In this document: in pieces, positions 9,430 to 19,094 of the stretch
Layout of the letters: each line of letters begins with the position of its first letter
Numbering within the stretch: position 1 is the stretch's first letter
NCBI GenBank assembly: GCA_049325595.1
Contig: JBMOLF010000009.1
Coordinates: 27,137-91,136, forward strand
Origin: Candidatus Babelota bacterium
Lineage (GTDB): Bacteria; Babelota; Babeliae; Babelales; Vermiphilaceae
Length of the DNA: 64,000 nt
Direction of reading: 5' to 3'
Made by a program: the position numbers and the translations under genes
Notes under the pieces: generated by a model
What the model saw: the letters and a program-made list of their open reading frames with translations, nothing else
Databases searched by the model: none
What the model was told of the DNA's origin: nothing

Positions 9430-11496
9430 ATGCGTGTTTATGAATTTTCAAAAAAAAATGAGATAACATCAAAAGAAGTATTGGCGTTGTTGCAAGAAAA
9501 TGGATTTGCGGTTGCGAGCCATATGTCAGTTTTGGCTGACGATGCGTTACAATTCTTGGAAAACCACTATAAGAAAAAAACAAGTCAGCCTCCGCACGAA
9601 GAAGCTCCACAAAAAAAAGAAACTAAACAGATTGAATCGGTGCCAATGACACAGCAAGAACCAATAAAAAAAGAAATCAAAGTAACAAAACCAACAGAAC
9701 TCAAGCCTGTTGAAAAGCCTATTGTTAAAAAAGAACAAGGGGCAAAACCAACCTTTACTCAATCAAAGGTTGCTGTAGCGCCTGCGGTTGCAACGCAAGA
9801 AAGTAAAGCGCTTGCGCTAGAGCCAATAAGCCTTGCAGATTTTGCCAGCAAGGCGCAAAAACCATTCACAGATGTGATTGTCACGCTCATGAAGTGGGGC
9901 ATTTTGTCAAACAAGAATCAAATTTTAACTGAAGATTTGGTTGAAAGATTGGCAGCCCATTATCAATTAAAGTTGGTAAAAAAAGAAGAAAAAAAACAAG
10001 AACATGGCAAGATAGAGGCAGTTGAGGGTGCGCAATTAGAAGAGCGTGTGCCTGTTGTGGTTGTAATGGGTCATGTTGACCATGGAAAAACAACCCTGCT
10101 TGATTTTATAAGAAATACTCGTGTTGCCGCGCGTGAAAAAGGTGGCATAACCCAGCATTTGGGTGCATATGAGGCAAAAACACCTCAGGGCTCCATTGTT
10201 TTCTTGGACACTCCCGGCCATGAAGCTTTTTCAAAAATTAGACAACGTGGAATTAAGGTCGCCGATATTGCAATTTTAGTAGTTGCGGCAGATGATAGCG
10301 TTATGCCACAAACTATTGAAGCGATTAAGCATGCGCAGTCTATGAAAGTTCCCATTATTGTAGCAATTAATAAAATTGATAAAGTGGATTCATCGCGCTT
10401 TGATGTCGTAAAAAGAGATTTAACGCAGCATGGTTTAGTGCCAGAAGAATGGGGTGGCGATGTAATATTTGTCCCGCTTTCAGCAAAAGTTGGCACTGGG
10501 GTTGATAAGCTTCTTGAAATGATTATTCTTCAGTCGCAAATTATGGAACTTCGTGCTGATGTTTCGGGTTCGGGAAGAGGATATGTTCTTGAATCAAAAT
10601 TAGAAAAAGGCCGTGGACCGGTAGCAACAGTATTGTTTCAACATGGAAATGCTCGTGTTGGAGACTATTTTGTTGCAGGAAATACGCAAGGACGCATTAC
10701 TTCCATGGTTGATTCTTATGGTAAAAGAATAGAATCAGTGGGCCCTGCTGTGCCTGTGCAAGTTGCTGGGTTTACTGAGCTTCCAGAGGCTGGCGACTTT
10801 TTTGAAATAGTTGATAAAACAGCATACCTTAAATCGCGACAAGCAGCTCCAATTGCAAAAACTCAGCCTATGATGCGTGTAGCGGATCAAGGATCAATTA
10901 AATTAATTGTAAAAACAGATTCAAATTCTTCAAAAGAAGCACTTTTAGAGTCAATTGAAAAATTGTCTAAAAAGAGCGAAAAAGGCTTTACTATAATCAA
11001 TTCAGGACTTGGTAATGTTCTAGAAAGTGATGTGGAATTAGCTGCTGATACCGGATCTCGCATCCTTACGCTACATGTTAAAACAGAACCTAATGCTGCT
11101 ACCTTGGCTCAACGGCTAGGGGTAACTATAGATGTTTATGATATAATTTATAAACTACTTGAATCATTAGAAGAATTGGCTGAGCGTGGAAAAGAAATAA
11201 AATACATACGCAAAAAAATTGGTGAAGCTGTAGTTCGCAAAGTTTTTGATATAAAAAATCTTGGCGTTATTGCAGGGTCATATATTAAAGAAGGTATATT
11301 TACTCGCGAAGGAACAGTTATTGCTTTCAGGGGCAATAAAAAAATCGGTGGCGGTAAAATTGTTAGCCTTCAGCGCGATAAGAAAAATGTGAAAGAAGTT
11401 CACACTGGTTATGAATGTGCCTTTATGGTTGAAGGATTTAATGACTGGGAAGTTGATGATCGCGTTGAATGCTACATTGATGTACCAGAAAAATAA
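9430..11496 (+). CDS. infB: Translation initiation factor IF-2
   Basis: MRVYE N-terminus, GHVDHGKTT, DTPGHEAF, NKID; follows nusA. Confidence 0.98.
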   Translation: MRVYEFSKKNEITSKEVLALLQENGFAVASHMSVLADDALQFLENHYKKKTSQPPHEEAPQKKETKQIESVPMTQQEPIKKEIKVTKPTELKPVEKPIVKKEQGAKPTFTQSKVAVAPAVATQESKALALEPISLADFASKAQKPFTDVIVTLMKWGILSNKNQILTEDLVERLAAHYQLKLVKKEEKKQEHGKIEAVEGAQLEERVPVVVVMGHVDHGKTTLLDFIRNTRVAAREKGGITQHLGAYEAKTPQGSIVFLDTPGHEAFSKIRQRGIKVADIAILVVAADDSVMPQTIEAIKHAQSMKVPIIVAINKIDKVDSSRFDVVKRDLTQHGLVPEEWGGDVIFVPLSAKVGTGVDKLLEMIILQSQIMELRADVSGSGRGYVLESKLEKGRGPVATVLFQHGNARVGDYFVAGNTQGRITSMVDSYGKRIESVGPAVPVQVAGFTELPEAGDFFEIVDKTAYLKSRQAAPIAKTQPMMRVADQGSIKLIVKTDSNSSKEALLESIEKLSKKSEKGFTIINSGLGNVLESDVELAADTGSRILTLHVKTEPNAATLAQRLGVTIDVYDIIYKLLESLEELAERGKEIKYIRKKIGEAVVRKVFDIKNLGVIAGSYIKEGIFTREGTVIAFRGNKKIGGGKIVSLQRDKKNVKEVHTGYECAFMVEGFNDWEVDDRVECYIDVPEK

Positions 11497-11530
11497 TAAA
11501 TCATAAAAATATTACATATTTTAAGTAAGC

Positions 11531-11561
11531 AAGGACTGCAAAAAACTGCAGTCCTTTTTTT
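11531..11561 (+). terminator. Intrinsic terminator after infB
   Basis: AAGGACTGCA-aaaaac-TGCAGTCCTT followed by a T run. Confidence 0.85.
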
Positions 11562-11897
11562 ATACGTTAGAAAAAACCATTTAAAATAGGGCGTTGTTAC
11601 TGAATGAAAATTTTGTTGTTTTTTTGTTGTTTTTTAAAAAAATTAACATCTTTTTTTAAAAAATGCGTTAAATGGCGAGTTTTCGTGTTGTTGCTTTTTT
11701 AAAAAAACAAAGATTCATTGTTTTTTATTTTTTTTATATCACAATGAATATCACCCTAGGTTGAAAAGTTACTCCTCCTTACTTATCAACAATAAGGGAA
11801 TATGGTTAAATTCACTGCTTATGAGTAAGTAATAGATAAGAATGATTATTACAATTCCTTCTTAGCTCAAACACTTTATTCTTGTCTATTACTTGGC

Positions 11898-12791
11898 TCA
11901 ATCTTCTAATTCTAAACTTTTTTTTGTTTTACTATCTAAAAGTTGTTTTAATATATGCATGTTTCGTGCATAATCCTCTAAAGTATCTCTAGGCGTTTCC
12001 AGAATTTTAGGAATATCAAAAAGGCGCTTGTCATTCATAAAAAGCTTAAATGACTCTATGCCCATTTTCCCCTTGCCAATATCTTCATGGCGGTCTACTT
12101 TAGAGCCAAGCTCTTTTTTTGAATCATTAAGATGTATCATTTTTAAGTGTTCAAGTCCTAGGTGTTTATCAAATTTTTCCCAAACATCGGTATATTCTTT
12201 TTCGCTTCTTAAATCGTAGCCCGCTGCAAATGCATGACAGGTGTCAAAACAAAAACCAATTTTGCGCTTGTGGCTGATTAAGTTTTTTAATTCTGCTAGC
12301 TGTTCAAATGTTGAGCAGACCGCGGATCCCTGGCCGGCCATATTTTCAAGAAGGATAGAACAATGAGCATTGGTAGTTTCGTATATATCATCTATAAATT
12401 GTGCAATTTGTTTAAGGGCAGTCTCTTGAGAATTTTCAAGCCGAGAGCCGGGATGCAATACCAAATAGGGAATTCCTAATTGATCACAACGTTGCAACTC
12501 TATAGCCAGAGCTTGTATTGATTTATGTTGCATTTCTTTATTTGAGGCGCCCAGATTAATCAAATAGCTTGCGTGAGCGGCAATGAATGAAATAGAAGAA
12601 TTTTTAAGCGCCTTTTTAAATAGATCGGCTTGTTCAGTTGAAATGGGCTTTGCCTGCCATTGCCGATTGCTTTTTGTAAAGATTTGAATGGCGGTACAAT
12701 CTATTGATTGTCCTCTAGCAATAGATAGATCAAATCCTCCCGCTATAGACATATGGGCGCCAAGTAAAAGAGAATGTTTTTTGTGTTTCAT
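11898..12791 (-). CDS. nfo: Endonuclease IV (AP endonuclease)
   Basis: GAHMSIAGG, HASYLINL, VLHPG, LLENMAGQG, CFDTCHAFAAGY, HLNDSK, DRHEDIG, ILETP. Confidence 0.96.
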   Translation of the reverse strand: MKHKKHSLLLGAHMSIAGGFDLSIARGQSIDCTAIQIFTKSNRQWQAKPISTEQADLFKKALKNSSISFIAAHASYLINLGASNKEMQHKSIQALAIELQRCDQLGIPYLVLHPGSRLENSQETALKQIAQFIDDIYETTNAHCSILLENMAGQGSAVCSTFEQLAELKNLISHKRKIGFCFDTCHAFAAGYDLRSEKEYTDVWEKFDKHLGLEHLKMIHLNDSKKELGSKVDRHEDIGKGKMGIESFKLFMNDKRLFDIPKILETPRDTLEDYARNMHILKQLLDSKTKKSLELED

Positions 12792-12875
12792 AAGTAATAT
12801 GCGTTTAAGAGTAAAACTGATTAATTCTACTAATTAGCCTATACAGAAAAAGCCCTGTTTAACAGAGTTATTTTG

Positions 12876-12903
12876 TTGACAAATGAATAAATCGAAGTAC
12901 GCT
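12876..12903 (+). promoter_or_regulatory. Putative sigma70 promoter for the outer-membrane protein gene
   Basis: TTGACA-16 bp-TACGCT. Confidence 0.45.
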
Positions 12904-13032
12904 ACTAATATAAACAATTAAGAGCGTATTCGCGCTTGTAATGTACATTATTACAATATCACTAGTGGAAATGAAGCTCCCATATGAGGGGGCTATTACT
13001 TTTTTTAGGGTTTACTGCAGGAGCCTTGGATT

Positions 13033-14979
13033 ATGAACAAATCTCAGAGTATCAGATATATACTCGCGCTTATTTTTGGTGCAACCACCTTATTGTTTTC
13101 TTATTCTATACATGCTAAATGCGGATTTAAAACTGATACCGATTTTGAATTTGCGTTGTGGGGTTTGTATAAGCCTGAAACATTCTATGGCAAGAACATA
13201 AGTTTATTAAATAATAAAAATCATCAAGATCGAATCTTTTTTTCGCGCCATGTTTTTGATGTTAATATAAATATTTTATATGGCCAAGAATGCTATGGTA
13301 TTCCAGTTGCTGAATTTATGAGCACCTTCAGAAATAAAGCAATATGGGGTCTTCCTACGAGTATTTCTCCAAGTACTGAGGCTAACTTTAAAATTCTTGA
13401 TGTTGCAACTGGTGCACATAAGCACTTTTTGCCGCGTTTATTTATGTGGATCCGTGAGTTGTGGTTGGATTTTTCAATCAATGAAGCTTTGGGGCTTGGG
13501 TTCTCTAATGAGCATCGTTTTAAAATAGGTGCTTTCCCTTTTGAGCTTGGACGTGGTATCTCGCTTGGTTCTGCTTTTGGTGTAGGTCCAGACTTGCTAG
13601 GTTTTTATAGTGATAGTATTATTGACCAGTATGCTTTTGGTGCTAAATTTGGTGGCGATCTTGTTGAAGGCAAATTGAGTTATGATGTGTATGGCGCAAT
13701 GCTTAACAATAATAGCGCAACATTAAGTGATACTAATGCTAAAGTGTTGGGTCAGTTGGTTAATTTCAAAGACAACCCTATTCGCGGTTTTGGCAAGATT
13801 AACTATTTAGTTGCTGGACGTTTAAACTGGACTGTCTTTAAAAATGATACTGTTGGCAAGTTAATGGTTGAGCCATATTGCCTTTACAACAATGATCCGG
13901 AGCAAAAAATTGAACATGCAGCAAGTGCTTCAAGTCATTTAGGCACCTTTGGTTTAGCAGCAGAATTTATTGCCCCACGTTTTGAATGCGGTTTTGATAC
14001 GGCATTCAACGTTGGTGCGCAATCAGTAAAAGCGCTTGACCGCAACCGTCCTGAGCTTGAAAATCGCAATGGTACCGTTGTTGTAGTGAATAGTCATGTT
14101 GTTGATCAAAATGGCGACAAAATTCCATTTGTTCCTGGTAGCGATTCGCAAAAATTAATTAGTCGTTGTGAGCAAGGCTCAGAATTTAATTGCAAACAAG
14201 TTGGGCCTGTTTTACAAAGTGATGTGGGATATCTTACTGCTCCAGTTACCATGTTTAATAAGCAACATAGATTTAGAGATGCATACAAAAATGCGTATCA
14301 AGGATTGATGTTTGTTGGTGATGCTGGTTGGTGGGTATACAAAAAAGACCTTATGCTTGCTCTAACGGCAGGATATGCAAGCGGTGATGAAGATCCTAAT
14401 ACTATCCCAACCGATGGTAATTTTGGTGGATTTGTTGGATTGCAAGAATTGTATTCAGGTAAGCGTGTGCGTAGCGCGTTCTTTTTTGGATCAGGCAAAT
14501 TGCAACGGCCAATAGCTGGTGTTACTGATGGTATCGTAAATCCAACAGCTTTCCCGCAAACTATCGTTGGATTTACTAATATAGCCTTGCTTGGTGGTGG
14601 TGCTCTTTACCGACCGTGCGCTTCTCAACGAAGAGTAAGTATAAATCCTAACATTTTAGTATATTGGCAACCAGCTACGGGTAAGTGTTTTGATATTGTT
14701 ACCAAAAAAGAAACAGAGTTTCATGCGCGTTCATTTTTAGGATTTGAAACTAATATTTTTGCCCATGTATATTTGCTTGAAAATTTAAAGCTTTTTGGTG
14801 TTGCTTCAGTGTTCTTCCCGGGAGATCATTTTAAAGATATCCGCGGTAAACCATTAAATTCTGATCAGCAAAAATTGCTTGAACGTCTTGATACCACCTG
14901 TATTCAAAAATGTGATATTCCTAACATCGGCACTGACCGAGCAGTTACATTGAACGTTGGGCTCGAGTTTACCTTCTAA
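13033..14979 (+). CDS. Outer-membrane beta-barrel protein (porin-like), Cys-rich
   Basis: Signal peptide ending IHA, amphipathic beta-strands, C-terminal BAM-type motif LNVGLEFTF, own terminator. Confidence 0.7.
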   Translation: MNKSQSIRYILALIFGATTLLFSYSIHAKCGFKTDTDFEFALWGLYKPETFYGKNISLLNNKNHQDRIFFSRHVFDVNINILYGQECYGIPVAEFMSTFRNKAIWGLPTSISPSTEANFKILDVATGAHKHFLPRLFMWIRELWLDFSINEALGLGFSNEHRFKIGAFPFELGRGISLGSAFGVGPDLLGFYSDSIIDQYAFGAKFGGDLVEGKLSYDVYGAMLNNNSATLSDTNAKVLGQLVNFKDNPIRGFGKINYLVAGRLNWTVFKNDTVGKLMVEPYCLYNNDPEQKIEHAASASSHLGTFGLAAEFIAPRFECGFDTAFNVGAQSVKALDRNRPELENRNGTVVVVNSHVVDQNGDKIPFVPGSDSQKLISRCEQGSEFNCKQVGPVLQSDVGYLTAPVTMFNKQHRFRDAYKNAYQGLMFVGDAGWWVYKKDLMLALTAGYASGDEDPNTIPTDGNFGGFVGLQELYSGKRVRSAFFFGSGKLQRPIAGVTDGIVNPTAFPQTIVGFTNIALLGGGALYRPCASQRRVSINPNILVYWQPATGKCFDIVTKKETEFHARSFLGFETNIFAHVYLLENLKLFGVASVFFPGDHFKDIRGKPLNSDQQKLLERLDTTCIQKCDIPNIGTDRAVTLNVGLEFTF

Positions 14980-14997
14980 ATGAAATTGAAAAAATAG

Positions 14998-15022
14998 AGG
15001 GGCCTATTAAGGCCCCTTTTTT
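14998..15022 (+). terminator. Intrinsic terminator
   Basis: AGGGGCCT-atta-AGGCCCCT followed by a T run. Confidence 0.85.
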
Positions 15023-15102
15023 GATGAAGATTAATTATCAGTATTAATAAAAGTTGATAAAATATAAAAAAAGTTACGTTCCCATTTTTGCAAAGAGGTT
15101 CT

Positions 15103-16881
15103 ATGCAATTCAAGCGAACAATTTCGTGTGGTCTGGTTGAAAAACAACATATTAATAAAACTATAGATTTATGCGGATGGGTAAATCGACGCCGCGATCA
15201 TGGCGGGCTAATCTTCATAGACTTGCGTGATCGGTCGGGGATCATGCAATTAGTTTTTAATGCTGATTTTTCAAAAACTGCTCATGAAGAAGCACACAAA
15301 TTAAGAAGTGAATTTGTAATTTGGGTAACTGGTACTGTTGTGGAACGTTCTGCAGAAACCGTTAATGCTGATATTGCAACTGGACGCTATGAGCTGCAAG
15401 TAAATAATTTAGTTATTTTAAATAAAGCAAAAACATTGCCATTTACTCTTGAAGAAGCGGCAAGTGTTGATGAAGAGTTGCGACTCAAATATCGCTACTT
15501 AGATTTGCGCCGTCCAGAAATGTTGCATCGCATGCAATTACGCAATGCCGTATTTTTTGCAATGCGAGAGTTTTTACAAAAAGAAGGGTTTTATGAGGTT
15601 GAGACGCCAATCTTGACTAAAAATACTGGGGAAGGTGCTCGAGAGTTTTTGGTTCCATCGCGCATTCATCAAGGTTCATTCTATGCATTGCCACAATCCC
15701 CACAGCTCTACAAGCAATTATTAATGGCTGGTGGCATAGAACGATATTTTCAAATTGCTCGTTGTTTTCGTGATGAAGACTTACGTGCTGATAGACAGCC
15801 AGAGTTTACTCAGCTTGATTTAGAAATGTCATTTATAAATGAGAAAGATATTCAAACTACTATCGAGCAATTACTTAATCACGTATGGAAAACAGCTTTT
15901 GGTAAAGAACTAGCATTACCTTTTGCCCGTATGACATGGGATGATGCATTGGCATATTATGGTTCTGATAAGCCAGACTTACGTTTTGGGCTAAAAATAC
16001 ATGACTGCACTTCTCTGTTTGCAAATACCGAACTTAAATTTTTAAAATTAGTACTCTCATCTGGTGGAAAAATAGGTGCATTGCATATTGAAAAGCACGC
16101 ATTTTCTCGTTCTGAGCTTGAAGGATATGTAAACAAAGCGCAACAAATGGGTGCGCAAGGTTTAGTATGGATCCGTGTAAAAGATGGTGTGGTTGAGTCG
16201 CCAATTGCCAAATTTTTACCTGAAGATTTTATAGCAAAAGCGCAACAAATATTCCCAACATTTGAAAACGATAGCACACTTTTTGTAGTTGCCGGTGAAT
16301 ATCAAGATGCGTGGACTATATTAGGACGTTTGCGTTTACAGCTTGGAAATGATCTGAATTTAATACCGCACGATGAATTTAATTTTTCATGGGTAACTGA
16401 TTTCCCACTTTTTGCGTATGATAAAGAAACTAAAAAATGGCAATCAGTAAACCACCCTTTCACCAGCCCACAAACAGGCTGGGAAACCCAAGATAATAGC
16501 CAAATGAAAGCACGCGCTTATGACGTGATTTTAAATGGCATTGAGCTTGGCGGTGGTTCTATCCGAATCTATGACGCGGACATTCAAGATAAAGTTTTCC
16601 AAATTTTAGGCTTAAACAAACAAGAGATGCAAGATCAATTTGGCTTCTTGCTAGAAGCGCAAGAGTTAGGATTTCCACCACATGGAGGTATTGCTTTAGG
16701 GCTTGATCGGTTAGTAATGCTTATGAGTAATTCTTCGTCTATTCGTGAAGTAATCGCATTCCCTAAAACAGCGCGTGGCCATGATCCAATGATGGATGCC
16801 CCAACAGTGGTAAATCCAGATAAATTGAAGGATTATGGATTGCGTTTAAGTGAGAAGCTTCTTAAAAAAGAAACTAAATAA
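15103..16881 (+). CDS. aspS: Aspartate-tRNA ligase
   Basis: RRRDHGG, RLKYRYLDLRR, LPQSPQLYKQLLM, CFRDEDLRADRQPEFTQ, PPHGGIALGLDR; start set at ATG 15103. Confidence 0.98.
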   Translation: MQFKRTISCGLVEKQHINKTIDLCGWVNRRRDHGGLIFIDLRDRSGIMQLVFNADFSKTAHEEAHKLRSEFVIWVTGTVVERSAETVNADIATGRYELQVNNLVILNKAKTLPFTLEEAASVDEELRLKYRYLDLRRPEMLHRMQLRNAVFFAMREFLQKEGFYEVETPILTKNTGEGAREFLVPSRIHQGSFYALPQSPQLYKQLLMAGGIERYFQIARCFRDEDLRADRQPEFTQLDLEMSFINEKDIQTTIEQLLNHVWKTAFGKELALPFARMTWDDALAYYGSDKPDLRFGLKIHDCTSLFANTELKFLKLVLSSGGKIGALHIEKHAFSRSELEGYVNKAQQMGAQGLVWIRVKDGVVESPIAKFLPEDFIAKAQQIFPTFENDSTLFVVAGEYQDAWTILGRLRLQLGNDLNLIPHDEFNFSWVTDFPLFAYDKETKKWQSVNHPFTSPQTGWETQDNSQMKARAYDVILNGIELGGGSIRIYDADIQDKVFQILGLNKQEMQDQFGFLLEAQELGFPPHGGIALGLDRLVMLMSNSSSIREVIAFPKTARGHDPMMDAPTVVNPDKLKDYGLRLSEKLLKKETK

Positions 16882-16895
16882 TTGATAGTGTTATC

Positions 16896-16920
16896 AGGCC
16901 GCTAAATAAAAAGCGGCCTT
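16896..16920 (+). terminator. Hairpin after aspS (likely terminator)
   Basis: AGGCCGCT-aaataaaa-AGCGGCCT. Confidence 0.65.
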
Positions 16921-16929
16921 AATTATTTA

Positions 16930-16980
16930 GTAAACATTTATTACAACCTTTTTTATGTATTAGTGGTAATAAATGTTTAC
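16930..16980. repeat. Perfect 15-bp inverted repeat upstream of parA
   Basis: GTAAACATTTATTAC (16930-16944) / GTAATAAATGTTTAC (16966-16980), 21-bp spacer. Confidence 0.9.
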
Positions 16981-17296
16981 ATACGCAATATTATTTACTC
17001 AGTAATTTAATACGCTGTTTTATTGTTATATTTTTTCTGATTACCTAGATTGAGTTGATTTACCAATGTGTTGATGTCTTATTAAAAATATTTGTATACA
17101 TTGCTTATTGCTTTTACTTAATAGCCTTTTGTTATCATTCTTATCTTTATTTCACAATTTAATGAGTAAGTTTTGTTGTTCTTTAAAAATAATTTACTGA
17201 TTAATTGTCAATTAAAACTATTGCAATGTAATTACGGTTGCGTTTATGGTATCGGTACTATCTGTTTACCATGTTTTCACATAAGGAGAGAGTTAC

Positions 17297-18049
17297 ATGA
17301 AAACCAAAGTAATTGCATTTTTAAATCAAAAAGGAGGAGTTGGGAAAACAACTTCAACAATTAATATTGGCGCTGGTCTTGCCAAGTTAGGAAAAAGAGT
17401 TTTATTAATTGATTTTGATCCGCAAGCAAGTTTGTCTTGCTCTCTTGGTATAGAAACACCGGTTAACTCTATTTATGAACTTTTGAAAAATGAAGTGTTG
17501 TTTGAAGAGGTCTTAGTAAAAAAAGATAAGTTGTCGGTTTTGCCTTCATCAATCAATTTATCGGCACTTGAATATGAATTTGGTGCAACCAACAATAAAG
17601 AATATTTGCTTAAATCAATAATAAAGTCTATTAAGGGATATGATTTTATATTTATCGATTGTCCACCAAGTTTAGGACTGCTTACCATTAACGCATTAAC
17701 TGCGGCTCAAGAAGTTTATATTCCCGTGCAGACTGAGTTTTTAGCTTTGCAAGGGCTCGGACAATTAATGGAAACATTGTCATTGATTACTTCTCATACA
17801 AACCCTGAGCTTGCAGTGGGTGGGATAATCGGTACTCGTTTTAATCGACGTAAAATAAATAAAGAAGTAGTTTCTTTTCTAAAGACTAACTTTAAAGGGA
17901 AAGCATTTAAGACCGTTATTCGCGAAAATGTTGCATTAACCGAAGCACCAAGTTTTGGCAAAGATATATTTAGTCATAATCCAGAATCTAATGGCGCCAA
18001 AGATTATTCAGCTTTATGTAAAGAAATTGTTGCACGGCTGAGCAAATAA
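17297..18049 (+). CDS. parA: ParA/Soj family ATPase
   Basis: NQKGGVGKTT, IDFDPQ, IDCPPSLG, EAPSFG. Confidence 0.92.
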   Translation: MKTKVIAFLNQKGGVGKTTSTINIGAGLAKLGKRVLLIDFDPQASLSCSLGIETPVNSIYELLKNEVLFEEVLVKKDKLSVLPSSINLSALEYEFGATNNKEYLLKSIIKSIKGYDFIFIDCPPSLGLLTINALTAAQEVYIPVQTEFLALQGLGQLMETLSLITSHTNPELAVGGIIGTRFNRRKINKEVVSFLKTNFKGKAFKTVIRENVALTEAPSFGKDIFSHNPESNGAKDYSALCKEIVARLSK

Positions 18050-18116
18050 TCACATAAAACATAGTTTATTTAGTGATAGTGTTTTATTTATAAAATAATG
18101 TTTACAAGGAAAACAT

Positions 18117-18470
18117 ATGAAAAATGGATTAGGTCGTATCCCGAAAAGTTTAACAATGCTCAACCAAAAAAAAGATAAACAAGAAAAAAATAATGCACAG
18201 TATCAAGAGAAAATTGAGCAAGAGCCTAAAATAGTTCCATTAGCTCAGATATATCAAGAAAAAGCAAAAAAAACTACGCAAAAAGGGCTTCCTGCTGGTT
18301 GGACAAGAGCGACATTTATCATAGAAGAAAAAATGAATGATAAAATTAGAGCACTAGCTTATTGGGAACGGCTGACTGTTAAAGAAATTGTATATGAAGC
18401 GTTAAGAGATTATCTCAAAGGCAAACAAATTAAACCTATCCCCGAAAAAAGAATAATTATTAAGCAGTAA
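18117..18470 (+). CDS. Small DNA-binding protein with a C-terminal ribbon-helix-helix (type Ib ParB/ParG-like)
   Basis: Disordered N-terminus, then TRATFIIEEKMNDKIRALAYWERLTVKEIVYEALRDYL (beta-alpha-alpha pattern); directly downstream of parA. Confidence 0.65.
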   Translation: MKNGLGRIPKSLTMLNQKKDKQEKNNAQYQEKIEQEPKIVPLAQIYQEKAKKTTQKGLPAGWTRATFIIEEKMNDKIRALAYWERLTVKEIVYEALRDYLKGKQIKPIPEKRIIIKQ

Positions 18471-18625
18471 TAAACTAATTATTGGGGAGATTGTTCAAAA
18501 AAAGATTCAATTTATTTCAATAAAAGAATTTATGCCTCAATTTGTTTAATTAATAGTATTTGCGATCTGACATTTGATATTCTAATTGTAAATATAGTTG
18601 TTTTTAAACTATTGAGGTTTTTCTT

Positions 18626-19015
18626 ATGCAGGTAAAATATACTTTTTTATTTATTATTGCTTTTGTTCCACTACTTTCTCACGCGTATGTTTTCAGAGTT
18701 AGTAATGAAACCAATCATCGTATTAATGTAACTCTTAATGAAATTGGGCGATGGCGTAACAGAACTCATCAAGTAGATCCGCGTAGTACTATTCAAATAA
18801 ACACCGGCATTTTTTGTGTAAATAGAATCGATGCGCTGGTTCCATCTTTTGATTTTATAAATCGTTTGCAATATCAACTGGAACTTCGTGGAAATGCCTG
18901 CAGAAATAGAAATTTTGTAATAAGAAGCCGCACGGTTATGCGCAAAAGCATTGTACATCATATTGTTCCACAACCGCCTCATCCCGCTGAAGAAATATAC
19001 ATAGAAGAGGTGTAA
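18626..19015 (+). CDS. Small secreted beta-rich protein, paralog 1 of 3
   Basis: Signal ending SHA; YVFRVSNET...IGRW...INTGIFCVNR...GNACRNR. Confidence 0.75.
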   Translation: MQVKYTFLFIIAFVPLLSHAYVFRVSNETNHRINVTLNEIGRWRNRTHQVDPRSTIQINTGIFCVNRIDALVPSFDFINRLQYQLELRGNACRNRNFVIRSRTVMRKSIVHHIVPQPPHPAEEIYIEEV

Positions 19016-19094
19016 GATTAAAAAATTATTTAATATTGTTTATTTGTAAATATTGTCGCTGTTATACTAAAAGTAAAAAGGGGAGAGAGTACAT

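Noticed and set aside
8302..11496. nusA-infB lacking rimP and rbfA neighbours
   Set aside because: Operon fragmentation is common in reduced genomes, and the genes may lie elsewhere.
2620..12791. MazG + UDG + Nfo as a dedicated anti-phage or uracil-DNA system
   Set aside because: The genes are ordinary, non-adjacent and interleaved with housekeeping genes.
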